Positions 1 to 7,430 of a stretch of 15,512 nucleotides of DNA are shown here, piece after piece. Both the position numbers and the translations under genes were made by a program. The first letter of the stretch is position 1. Each line of letters starts with the position of its first letter. Source of the DNA: a virus (lineage: Duplodnaviria; Heunggongvirae; Uroviricota; Caudoviricetes); the IMG/VR virus record IMGVR_UViG_2617270964_000015. One strand, given 5' to 3'. The notes below the pieces were generated by a model that saw only the letters and a program-made list of their open reading frames with translations, searched no databases and was not told the origin of the DNA.

Positions 1-375
1 GACGAACAGTGGGGCTATGTCGGGGCTAAATCGCGCCAGCGCTGGCTGTTTTACGCGTATGACAGTCTCCGGAAGACGGTTGTTGCGCACGTATTCGGTG
101 AACGCACTATGGCGACGCTGGGGCGTCTTATGAGCCTGCTGTCACCCTTTGACGTGGTGATATGGATGACGGATGGCTGGCCGCTGTATGAATCCCGCCT
201 GAAGGGAAAGCTGCACGTAATCAGCAAGCGATATACGCAGCGAATTGAGCGGCATAACCTGAATCTGAGGCAGCACCTGGCACGGCTGGGACGGAAGTCG
301 CTGTCGTTCTCAAAATCGGTGGAGCTGCATGACAAAGTCATCGGGCATTATCTGAACATAAAACACTATCAATAA
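1..375 (+). CDS. insB: IS1 transposase InsB reading frame, 5'-truncated by the window edge
   Basis: Open frame from base 1 to TAA at 373-375; the ORF track reports the internal ATG at 109 (88 aa) but the frame is open from base 1 and matches InsB throughout. IS1 transposase is made as an InsA-InsB fusion by frameshifting, so an independent start is not expected. Confidence 0.85.
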   Translation, partial: DEQWGYVGAKSRQRWLFYAYDSLRKTVVAHVFGERTMATLGRLMSLLSPFDVVIWMTDGWPLYESRLKGKLHVISKRYTQRIERHNLNLRQHLARLGRKSLSFSKSVELHDKVIGHYLNIKHYQ

Positions 376-390
376 GTTGGAGTCATTACC
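1..390 (+). mobile_element. IS1: IS1 insertion sequence, 3' portion (element continues beyond the left window edge)
   Basis: Frame-1 translation from base 1 reads [44 protein letters not shown]...HYLNIKHYQ, which I recognise as the C-terminal part of IS1 InsB. Stop TAA at 373-375 is followed by the IS1 right terminal inverted repeat atcaataagttggagtcattacc at 368-390. Left end and any target-site duplication are outside the window. Confidence 0.9.
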
Positions 391-1257
391 GCCAGTTAGC
401 GCGCCATTTACACGTATTTCTATATTTTTCTCAGATTCAGAAAGCAGAGATATTATTCTTTTTGCACAGAGTTCGTCTATTTCATATAGATTCATTATTT
501 TCTTACCAAGAACAAACTCAATTTTTACAGGCAAGTCTTCAAAACTATTAATCATCTGATCGTCATTTTCATCATAAATCTCACTCTCGTTTTTTTTGAT
601 ATCAAAATCATCTGTTTCAAAATCTTCCTCGTACTCAAAATGATCAGCCATTTTTAACTCCTCTGGATAAATTAAATCAAAAATTTTTGTATTATAAATA
701 ACCGCATAAGCCAAATTATTTGAGATTAATAAAACATCACCAACTTCAATATCAACAAGACTTCTGTAACATGTTTTACTAAATCCAATTACAAAATGAA
801 TGGAGCAATATAACGATTTTTTGTCTAACGCTGGAGCGTTTCCGTATTGGCAGACTGTGACTTTATCTAACCAAAGATTCAATTCCCCTCTCCATATTCT
901 TATTAGTGGTTGAGCAGGGCTCAATACTCCATCAAATACTTTACCTACGCGCAAACGATTATATTTTAGTTCAGGATGCTTTAGATTTAACGGGGAACTG
1001 GATAAACTGAGCCATTCCCCTATTAACCTTTCCGTTTCTGGCATCAAAGCCATCCCAGCGAGCTCAGATGAAATTAAGGGAAATATTTCTCCAAGCAATA
1101 CCCATCCAGACCAGCTGCCACTCTCTTCTGCTATCGGTAGCCATTTAGCACTAAATTCGGGCATTAATAATGCAACATCTTCGCCATTTTCTTTCCAATT
1201 TTGAAAAGTGGTTTCAAACGTATGAGTGTTTCGATTTACTTTCCTCAGACCGAACAT
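391..1257 (-). pseudogene. Type III secretion SctQ/FliN-like protein with SpoA domains, 3' end cut by the IS1 insertion
   Basis: ATG at 1257-1255 with an AAGGA-like RBS upstream. The translation contains two SpoA-like segments, LVDIEVGDVLLISNN and DLPVKIEFVLGKKIMNLYEIDELCAKRIISLLSESEKNIEIRVNG, the second aligning closely to the FliN/SpaO C-terminal SpoA domain. The ORF-track frame (310..1257) continues into IS1 sequence, so the last ~27 codons are IS1-derived and the native C-terminus is lost. AT-rich by eye. Confidence 0.45.
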
Positions 1258-1388
1258 TAACTTTCATCCTTCTGATCGTTTTCGAATTTGCTTTCATTTT
1301 CTTGCTCCTCATAAGGCTGATGTCGTTGTCCTTGTCGTTCATCTTGCTCAGTCAATACCCAACGTTGTGCTGTAACTCATTATGAAAA

Positions 1389-2999
1389 CTATTTAATTCC
1401 CTCATCATTGATAAGATTGGACATCTCTTTCAACATGAGAGTCATTGAAGCTTTCGACCAATTTAGCGGAATGATAGGGCTTGGCGCTTCATGCAAAGTT
1501 CCCGACTTGTGGATATAGTTATAGCTTTCGGGAAGTGCCATTTCTGGTACGCTCCTGCCATTTGCACCAATCATATTCTCGCCTGTTATTTGGGCCAATG
1601 ATCTATTCATAAATTGCACTGAGTCATTCAAATACTCTTCTTTTCTTGATTCTTTATAAACAATTGCTGCTGATTTTGCATACCATGAGTCAAAAAACCA
1701 TTCTGCTTCTGTTGATGGAATGAAGCTCTTTTCTCTTTTCACATGTGAATTTTGATCGGTATCGGTTTTAATATCATTGAACCAAAAATTTGCCGACTGA
1801 TAATTATCCTTCTCGTATCTTTTTATACCATACGGACCTGCTAGTTTTTTAACTATTTTTAGAACCTGCTCTTTTCTTCTGGTGTTTATCTTTGCAAGAT
1901 TTGCAGGATAAATAACATTAAGTAAAGCCGCATCGGCTTCTCTGTAATGTTTATCTTTTTCCAGATAACCTGGGGATTCTCCCCCTAAATCAAGCTGTAA
2001 CGTTATTCTTTCATAACCTTTATCTATGAGGTGGTTCAACCTCGTTGTTGAAAGAGGTTCATCCAGTTCATTGGCTTTAGCTTCGCGTAGTAAATCAGAG
2101 ACAAAAACAGAGTCTTTCTTCGAGAGTAAGTTCGACAAACGTTCCAGTCCAGAGGTCACCAGTGCAACGGAAGATGTGTTTAATCGGGCATCTTCTTCCC
2201 ATGCTCCGGAATCTTCCATAACATAGAAATTGGCTTTATCCAGATAAGCAATCAGCAGCGCAACCGATTTTAATCGGTCACCTTTTTGCCAATCTTCAGC
2301 GTTAATTGTACCAGTGTCGATTGCTTGTATAAGGAGATCAAGATAAAGACCTAACGCATCATTTTGTTTATGGTTCCACAGCTGCGGCTTGCCTTCTTCC
2401 TGCACATCTGCCATCACGGGGAAGTTGCTGTCAAATCGGATATGCACAGCATTCATTTGCCCGGGAACTCCATCCAGTCGTTTGGGGTTGCTAATGACGT
2501 CCTGCATCCGCTTAATCTGGTCGGGCGTAGACATATAATCCCACAGGGTGAGCAGAACCTTTTTTGCGGCTACACTATTTCCCTGATCTGATACTAATGC
2601 CATATAGCCCCATAAACTATCCCTCAGCCAGACAGCATCATAGTGGGTTTCTGCCGCTGTTTTGTCATCTTCGAAAGTAGAAGCAAGAATAAATGTTCCC
2701 CAGGGTTTCTCCGTCAACGTTAACTTTCGTGTGTTTTCTGTTAATGTTAACAACCCTTGAATTTCGTCTTTGGTATAGTGGCTCTTTATTTCATTTTTTA
2801 ATTTGGCTGAGTGAATCAGAAGACGATAATTAGGGTACTTATCTGGATTTAACGATAAATAACTTTTATCTGTTGCTGCCCCCGTGGAATTAAGAATGTT
2901 AAATACAGATTCACTCGTCACTTCTGCCCCTGTCGCCTGGCATGTGCCGCACGAAAATATACCAGCGAGCAGAAGAGTTAATGCAGATTTCCCTTTCAT
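1389..2999 (-). CDS. Glycoside hydrolase family 15-like (glucoamylase-like) exported protein or lipoprotein
   Basis: Long ORF (track 1389..3041 begins at a GTG). The ATG at 2999-2997 gives MKGKSALTLLLAGIFSCGTCQA, a signal peptide with a possible lipobox cysteine. Internal DSGAWEED resembles the GH15 catalytic-region signature (S-G-x-W-E-E). AT-rich gene. Confidence 0.6.
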   Translation of the reverse strand: MKGKSALTLLLAGIFSCGTCQATGAEVTSESVFNILNSTGAATDKSYLSLNPDKYPNYRLLIHSAKLKNEIKSHYTKDEIQGLLTLTENTRKLTLTEKPWGTFILASTFEDDKTAAETHYDAVWLRDSLWGYMALVSDQGNSVAAKKVLLTLWDYMSTPDQIKRMQDVISNPKRLDGVPGQMNAVHIRFDSNFPVMADVQEEGKPQLWNHKQNDALGLYLDLLIQAIDTGTINAEDWQKGDRLKSVALLIAYLDKANFYVMEDSGAWEEDARLNTSSVALVTSGLERLSNLLSKKDSVFVSDLLREAKANELDEPLSTTRLNHLIDKGYERITLQLDLGGESPGYLEKDKHYREADAALLNVIYPANLAKINTRRKEQVLKIVKKLAGPYGIKRYEKDNYQSANFWFNDIKTDTDQNSHVKREKSFIPSTEAEWFFDSWYAKSAAIVYKESRKEEYLNDSVQFMNRSLAQITGENMIGANGRSVPEMALPESYNYIHKSGTLHEAPSPIIPLNWSKASMTLMLKEMSNLINDEGIK

Positions 3000-3306
3000 A
3001 AAATATTCCATCAATCGTTTGTTAAAAGCGTAGATAACCACTTATTTAACAACTTGAAAATAAGGTGTTTTACCTGGGTTGTTACAAAAGGATTGCATTG
3101 CGTAAACGCTTTTTATTTACAACAAAATGGGGAAATATTACGGCGATTGCGAAAAGTCTGAAGCGATTGAATTAAGATAATATAGAAAATCAGATACAGC
3201 AAAAATGGCAGATTGATGAGGCGAAGATAAATTGGAGCGGCGAAGGGAACAATACAACAAGCAACAAGACCAGTAATAAAGGCACATTCTCGAGTTCTAA
3301 AATAGA

Positions 3307-3328
3307 TTCTATACACATTTCTATACAC
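3307..3328. repeat. Near-tandem 10-bp direct repeat ttctatacac x2 (2-bp spacer) in the AT-rich upstream region of the GH15-like gene
   Basis: ttctatacac at 3307-3316 and again at 3319-3328. Confidence 0.5.
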
Positions 3329-3830
3329 GTTTATCACTCGCTTGGGGATTACACATCCCTGTTATCCGTGATCAAGCTGGTGGCGTTCCTGTTGCAGCAC
3401 AACGGAAACAGGTAGTGAACATCCGTTAAGTTTGCTTGCTGGTTACCGGGTTGAAATGGGTTAGTAGGGGGAGCGGTACGCATTCCACGTATCGGTTTCG
3501 TATCCGGTGGATGTTCTGCGTACTTTTTTGCACAAGACCAGTAATGGCGGTCTTTCCGCTGGTACGCACTTTTCTTTTTGCGTACCACTTTTGCGCACTT
3601 TTTCAAGGTCGGATCACAGATTCCCACCATTATGGGACCAGTTGAAGGGGCCGAACAAATCAATAGCTGTGGTGGTATCGTTTTGCATGTCAGGTTTTGA
3701 CAGGTTTTTATGGACTCCGAAAACTCACTGCACCAGATGCGCAATACATCGCGCTCATTTCGTTAACTAACGTCGCGCGCGTACTTGTCGCAAAATGTCG
3801 CAATTTTGCGTTATCGGGAATATCAGCAAG

Positions 3831-4115
3831 TTACCGCCGCAACCGTTCCGGCTTCTTCCAGTGGTAAGTAATTTTCTCCTTTTCCCGATGCATCTCCACG
3901 CGGCGACGGTATGCCAGCAACCCGAGAACTTTGGTGCGTATGTTGCGCATATCAACGCCGTTAAGCTCGATACCATCGCGGCGCATCACCTCAGCAACAA
4001 CACGCGCGTAATTTTCAGCGGTCACGCTGTCCGGCTGCGTGGCCTCCTGTGTGCCTGTAGCCTGGCTGATTCCGGTAATACTGCGGATTATCCCGAGCAC
4101 TTCGGCTTCAGTCAT
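3831..4115 (-). CDS. Hypothetical protein (~94 aa)
   Basis: Minus-strand ORF; ATG at 4115-4113 lies 8 nt downstream of a GGAGG Shine-Dalgarno (on the coding strand). A second in-frame ATG is at 4121-4119. The longer ORF-track start at 4364 would overlap the upstream lipoprotein gene. No recognisable motif. Confidence 0.35.
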   Translation of the reverse strand: MTEAEVLGIIRSITGISQATGTQEATQPDSVTAENYARVVAEVMRRDGIELNGVDMRNIRTKVLGLLAYRRRVEMHREKEKITYHWKKPERLRR

Positions 4116-4203
4116 TGTCATGGCCTCCGTAGTGATTAGGGGAGTGATGCTGTAATTGTGGCTGCTGGATCCTAGAAGGTGAAGCAGCCTACCAGCACAA
4201 TGT

Positions 4204-5256
4204 TTAGTACCCTCGAGCAGAGTAGACACGGGCCATTCCTGCCCAATGCGAAAACAGGATTTCATACTTGACTGGATTGTAATTAATGCTGCCATCCAGG
4301 GCGGCCGCATTCCATGCCCCGTCTGAAATAGTACGGTCGCTGGCTGTTTTCCCCCACTCGACAATGCTCCTCGCTATGCCCTGAACACATGCGCGATTTA
4401 ATGCCGTCTCACCAACATATGCCCCAGCGTCTGAACATGACTTCATACTCAGATCCAGGCTATTCCTGAAAAATTCCAGCCCGGCAATTGACATAAACCA
4501 GCGACCATTAGCGTATGCCACGCCATCGTTTCTTATTGTGAATTTAATAGTGTGCAGAGCATCAACAATCATCTGTTGCTCAGCTGTTGGATTCTGCCAT
4601 AACACGAGATCAATCGTTTTTTCAGAAGCCTTAGACTCTTCTTTCTCACGCTTGATGCGTTCGTCACGTTCAGCCCGGTATCGCTTTTGGTTTTCGTTAC
4701 GTAACTTCTGGTATTCAGAGGCGAGCTTATCCCGTTCCTGTGCAAAAGTAGCCAGACTCGTTTTAAAATCGCTTTCGTTGACTGTAACAAGCCCCATGCT
4801 CCAGCGATCATTTCCATAATCAGTATAGATAGCGTCAACTTTTGCCGGATTGCTCAATGCTATGGCTAGGTTAACCAGAATCTTCGAGGCTTCCTCACCA
4901 GTTTTGGAGCTATTGTCAAACCTGGATAGTTCCCCGACTCCATTGCCCCCATATTCATGGTAAGCAGCGTAAAACACAGGGATTGTCTGAGGTTTACTAT
5001 TAACCGCCTGGATAATACTTTTATCGTCGCACGTCAGCCCGTCCCACTTAAAGAGACTGCCACCACCGCTTTTGTATGCCTCACAATCATCGATACCCAG
5101 ACGAACCAACGCAGTCCAGCCGGGGCGCTTCTTATACTTGTCGCTTTTGGCGATATGCATTTGTGTTAACGCTTTTGCGGGATCGATCTTCCCCGCGGTG
5201 CAGCCTGTGAACATTAACGCCAAAGAGGTTAAAGCAATGCGATTGATTAAATTCAT
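4204..5256 (-). CDS. Putative lipoprotein with a central coiled-coil segment
   Basis: ORF 4204..5289; the internal ATG at 5256-5254 gives MNLINRIALTSLALMFTGCTAGK, an N-terminal signal with a lipobox-like cysteine. The middle is rich in charged residues (ERDKLASEYQKLRNENQKRYRAERDERIKREKEESKASEK), typical of coiled coil. Start at 5289 is also possible. Stop TAA at 4206-4204. Confidence 0.6.
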   Translation of the reverse strand: MNLINRIALTSLALMFTGCTAGKIDPAKALTQMHIAKSDKYKKRPGWTALVRLGIDDCEAYKSGGGSLFKWDGLTCDDKSIIQAVNSKPQTIPVFYAAYHEYGGNGVGELSRFDNSSKTGEEASKILVNLAIALSNPAKVDAIYTDYGNDRWSMGLVTVNESDFKTSLATFAQERDKLASEYQKLRNENQKRYRAERDERIKREKEESKASEKTIDLVLWQNPTAEQQMIVDALHTIKFTIRNDGVAYANGRWFMSIAGLEFFRNSLDLSMKSCSDAGAYVGETALNRACVQGIARSIVEWGKTASDRTISDGAWNAAALDGSINYNPVKYEILFSHWAGMARVYSARGY

Positions 5257-5335
5257 TATCCTTGTGTCCAGAGTTAGGTCGACCGGCATAGCTTACCCGT
5301 GGAGAAATGAATCGTCGAATGAGTTTGGTCGGGAG

Positions 5336-6007
5336 TTATTCCACCAGCAAAAATGGCGTTGCCCGGTCAATAACGTTGATGCCAATTAACGAGCTAACAT
5401 TGCGACCATTCACAATGCTATCCCGTTCAAGCAAATGCGCTATTTTTTCTACTTCATACCAGTATTGAGCCATGAGGGCTTTGGTCTTTTCAACGAGTTT
5501 AGAAAGCATTAACTCCCTGTTAATTCGCTTATCTGTAGCGCAGATTAAATCGAGCATGTCATTTACGTTAGCCATGTCATAGCGATGAGGCAGCGAATAC
5601 TTTTTGTTGAAAATATCGTTGTTTTCGTAAAGGGCTTCGCTTACTGGTCCGGCGAGGGATACAAAAGCGGCCTTTATTGCATCGCGCTTTATACCATCCG
5701 CATAGTAACGTATGAAAGGGATAACTTTACCATCCCGCCCAACTACACCAGATTTACTATCCCGCAAACGCCCGAGATCGTGGCTGTGAATTATGCTGTG
5801 TTTAACAACGCCCAAACACTTGGCCTCATGTACATGTTCGCCAGCAACGTAACCGTATTCATCCATAACGGCGATAACCTGTACATCTAAGCGAATAAGC
5901 CATGCAGCTACTGCATGGCCCGCTTCGTGGAATGCTACACATCGTTTACCATCGCCTATCCAGTTATAGAACATTTCCTGCTCATATATCTGGTGAATGG
6001 CGCCCAT
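5336..6007 (-). CDS. Stand-alone FtsH/peptidase-M41-like HExxH zinc metalloprotease domain protein (no AAA ATPase domain)
   Basis: ATG at 6007-6005 overlaps the upstream stop (TAATG). The translation carries CVAFHEAGHAVAAWL, with the HEAGH codons at about 5914-5928 on the minus strand, resembling the FtsH protease-domain zinc motif (HEAGHA). Downstream SLAGPVSEALYEN and NVNDMLDLICATDK resemble later FtsH protease-domain segments. At 223 aa it is too short to include an ATPase module. Confidence 0.6.
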   Translation of the reverse strand: MGAIHQIYEQEMFYNWIGDGKRCVAFHEAGHAVAAWLIRLDVQVIAVMDEYGYVAGEHVHEAKCLGVVKHSIIHSHDLGRLRDSKSGVVGRDGKVIPFIRYYADGIKRDAIKAAFVSLAGPVSEALYENNDIFNKKYSLPHRYDMANVNDMLDLICATDKRINRELMLSKLVEKTKALMAQYWYEVEKIAHLLERDSIVNGRNVSSLIGINVIDRATPFLLVE

Positions 6008-6183
6008 TACGCGCCCTCGCTTGCCAGTGAGGCCAGAGCCTTAGCCATGAGGCCGCGGGCAATCTGGTGAACGGTGGGAGCGACGCCGAGATTGGAGCGC
6101 TGGCGTTCACGTTCCTGAATGTTGCGTATGGCCTGCATCTGCTCGGCGGACAGCAGGACCGGCTTAACGTTTGGCTTTCTCAT
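6007..6183 (-). CDS. Small basic protein (~58 aa), translationally coupled to the protease-domain gene
   Basis: The ORF-track frame 6007..6276 begins at a TTG (6276-6274, shown as M). The ATG at 6183-6181 gives MRKPNVKPVLLSAEQMQAIRNIQERERQRSNLGVAPTVHQIARGLMAKALASLASEGA; an ATG at 6207-6205 is also in frame. Stop TAA (6009-6007) overlaps the downstream ATG. The true start is uncertain. Confidence 0.35.
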   Translation of the reverse strand: MRKPNVKPVLLSAEQMQAIRNIQERERQRSNLGVAPTVHQIARGLMAKALASLASEGA

Positions 6184-6358
6184 TCTGTTCACTCCAGAAC
6201 CGTGCATTTGATTCGTTGAGTTGCTGCAGGTTGCGACTCTGGCGATCGAAGTTATTGCGTGCCTTTGCCGCTTCAAGATCCTGACGGGTCAGCATCGGGC
6301 GGTGGGCGCGCTGTGGGTTGCCTGCGGCTAATTTCGGGTCATAGATAGGCATGCTCAT
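6164..6358 (-). CDS. Small hypothetical protein (64 aa)
   Basis: ATG at 6358-6356 sits 6 nt after the stop of the 183-aa gene and is preceded by AAAGAG. The 3' end overlaps the start region of the 58-aa ORF in another frame by about 20 nt. Confidence 0.4.
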   Translation of the reverse strand: MSMPIYDPKLAAGNPQRAHRPMLTRQDLEAAKARNNFDRQSRNLQQLNESNARFWSEQNEKAKR

Positions 6359-6364
6359 ATCTCT

Positions 6365-6916
6365 TTAGTGTTTTTTGCCCCAGAAGGTGGCGTTGTCAGC
6401 ATTGATGCTGCGGATTGCGTCTCCTGTAGAAATTATTTTCGGAGCGATATTGTTTGCTTTCATGTAGTCGCCAACCTGCTCGAGTATATCGATAGCCTGA
6501 TCCAGCTGGATTTCTGACATTGGGGTAGGGTGTACGGCGCTGAACGCCTCAGCAGGGGCGTAGCGCAGCACATCGAGCGCAACGATGCGCGGGTCGGCGT
6601 CGGGCAGTGCTGAATCGTATTTCGGCGCTACGGCACGTACCAGACGCATGAACTCAGCATTCATTGCTATCGGTGCCGTGGAAGTAGCAGACGTGCCATT
6701 CAAACCGCGGGAAATCATATCACTGTCGCGGGTGTACATGCGGCGCAGGCGGTCGCCGGTGGCGATGCGCATTTTGCGTTCTTTCTCGAGTGTCGTTGCA
6801 AGACTTGCAATGATGGTCGCAACGGTTCCGCTGCACTGGAACTCCTCTTTACTGCCGTCGGCATACGTCACCACGCCATCTTCGCCAGTCACGGCGATGT
6901 TTGTAATATCTTTCAT
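6365..6916 (-). CDS. Hypothetical protein (183 aa), first gene of a four-gene cassette
   Basis: ATG at 6916-6914 with GAGG 8 nt upstream on the coding strand. Stop TAA at 6367-6365. No motif I can assign. Confidence 0.6.
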   Translation of the reverse strand: MKDITNIAVTGEDGVVTYADGSKEEFQCSGTVATIIASLATTLEKERKMRIATGDRLRRMYTRDSDMISRGLNGTSATSTAPIAMNAEFMRLVRAVAPKYDSALPDADPRIVALDVLRYAPAEAFSAVHPTPMSEIQLDQAIDILEQVGDYMKANNIAPKIISTGDAIRSINADNATFWGKKH

Positions 6917-7030
6917 CGGTCAGACCTCAGTATGTTCTATCGGATATTTATGTTTCATTATACGCAATAATGATATTTATTGTTGCAATTATTGCAATGT
7001 GTTTTTCTTGTGATAACATGCAAATTGAGG
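6917..7030 (-). promoter_or_regulatory. Promoter/operator-like region upstream of the 183-aa gene
   Basis: AT-rich. A perfect TATAAT on the minus strand (plus-strand attata at 6957-6962). Two adjacent palindromes: caataa-tgatat-ttattg (6965-6982) and ttgcaat-t-attgcaa (6983-6997). The best -35 candidate, ttgcaa, lies 20 nt from the -10, which is too far, so exact promoter geometry is unresolved. Confidence 0.4.
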
Positions 7031-7087
7031 TCAGAACTCAATGAGTTGGTTCCAAACATGGTTACTGGTACACAAAAGCCCGTGCGT

Positions 7088-7115
7088 CTCCAGCGCGGGC
7101 TTTTTACTGGCACAA
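7088..7115 (+). terminator. Intrinsic terminator-like hairpin (plus strand), A-run before and T-run after
   Basis: gcccgtg / cgcgggc stem (7 bp with one G-U pair), 9-nt loop, followed by ttttt at 7111-7115 and preceded by aaaa. Confidence 0.45.
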
Positions 7116-7123
7116 AAAAGCCG

Positions 7124-7147
7124 GGAAAAATCCCGGCCTCCGTCACT
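7124..7147 (-). terminator. Rho-independent terminator of the ProQ-like/PerC-like operon
   Basis: Minus-strand reading: stop TGA of the PerC-like gene, then gccggga-tttt-tcccggc (perfect 7-bp GC-rich stem, 4-nt loop; plus coordinates 7130-7147), then tttttt (plus-strand a-run 7124-7129). Confidence 0.65.
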
Positions 7148-7430
7148 GACTGCAATTTTTCGATCCAGGGTATTTCCTGAATGCCTTACCATTGGGCTGA
7201 TGTAATCCCATCCCGGCATGTGCCCGGCTGATGGTTTCGCGCATCTCCCCGAAATTATCCTGCCTTGCTGGTGGGCGTGCTGCCTTGTGGATACATTCCG
7301 CACGACGCTTTGCCGCCTGTTCCCGTGCCTTGTCATCATTCGCCAGCATGATGACCTCAGCCCACCGCGCCGCCGCTCTCCGGTACAGGCCACGCGCTTC
7401 CAGTGCTTCCGCTTTGCTGTCGTGAATCAT
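7143..7430 (-). CDS. PerC-family-like small transcriptional regulator (95 aa)
   Basis: N-terminus MIHDSKAEALEARGLYRRAAARWAEVIM matches my recollection of the PerC-family N-terminal signature (AE-LE--G-YRRAA-RW-EV). ATG at 7430-7428 overlaps the upstream stop (ATGA, 7427-7430). Confidence 0.5.
   Translation of the reverse strand: MIHDSKAEALEARGLYRRAAARWAEVIMLANDDKAREQAAKRRAECIHKAARPPARQDNFGEMRETISRAHAGMGLHQPNGKAFRKYPGSKNCSQ

Noticed and set aside
1170-1385. Plus-strand 71-aa ORF across the spacer between the SctQ-like and GH15-like genes
   Set aside because: It overlaps the 5' end of the minus-strand SctQ-like gene and is a low-complexity Leu/Phe/Ser-rich product of AT-rich DNA.
3113-3770. 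Track ORFs 3113..3337(-), 3349..3744(-), 3436..3645(+), 3507..3770(+)
   Set aside because: Mutually overlapping, no convincing ribosome-binding sites, Cys/Arg/Phe-heavy or low-complexity translations, and they lie in a repeat-rich region better explained as non-coding.
3795-4139. Plus-strand 114-aa ORF
   Set aside because: Antisense to the minus-strand ORF that has a GGAGG-ATG start; translation looks random and no RBS was seen.
4167-4217. BamHI (ggatcc) and XhoI (ctcgag) sites about 45 bp apart in an intergenic spacer, considered as a cloning scar
   Set aside because: Two 6-bp sites within 15 kb are expected by chance; no vector-like sequence, polylinker or tags nearby.
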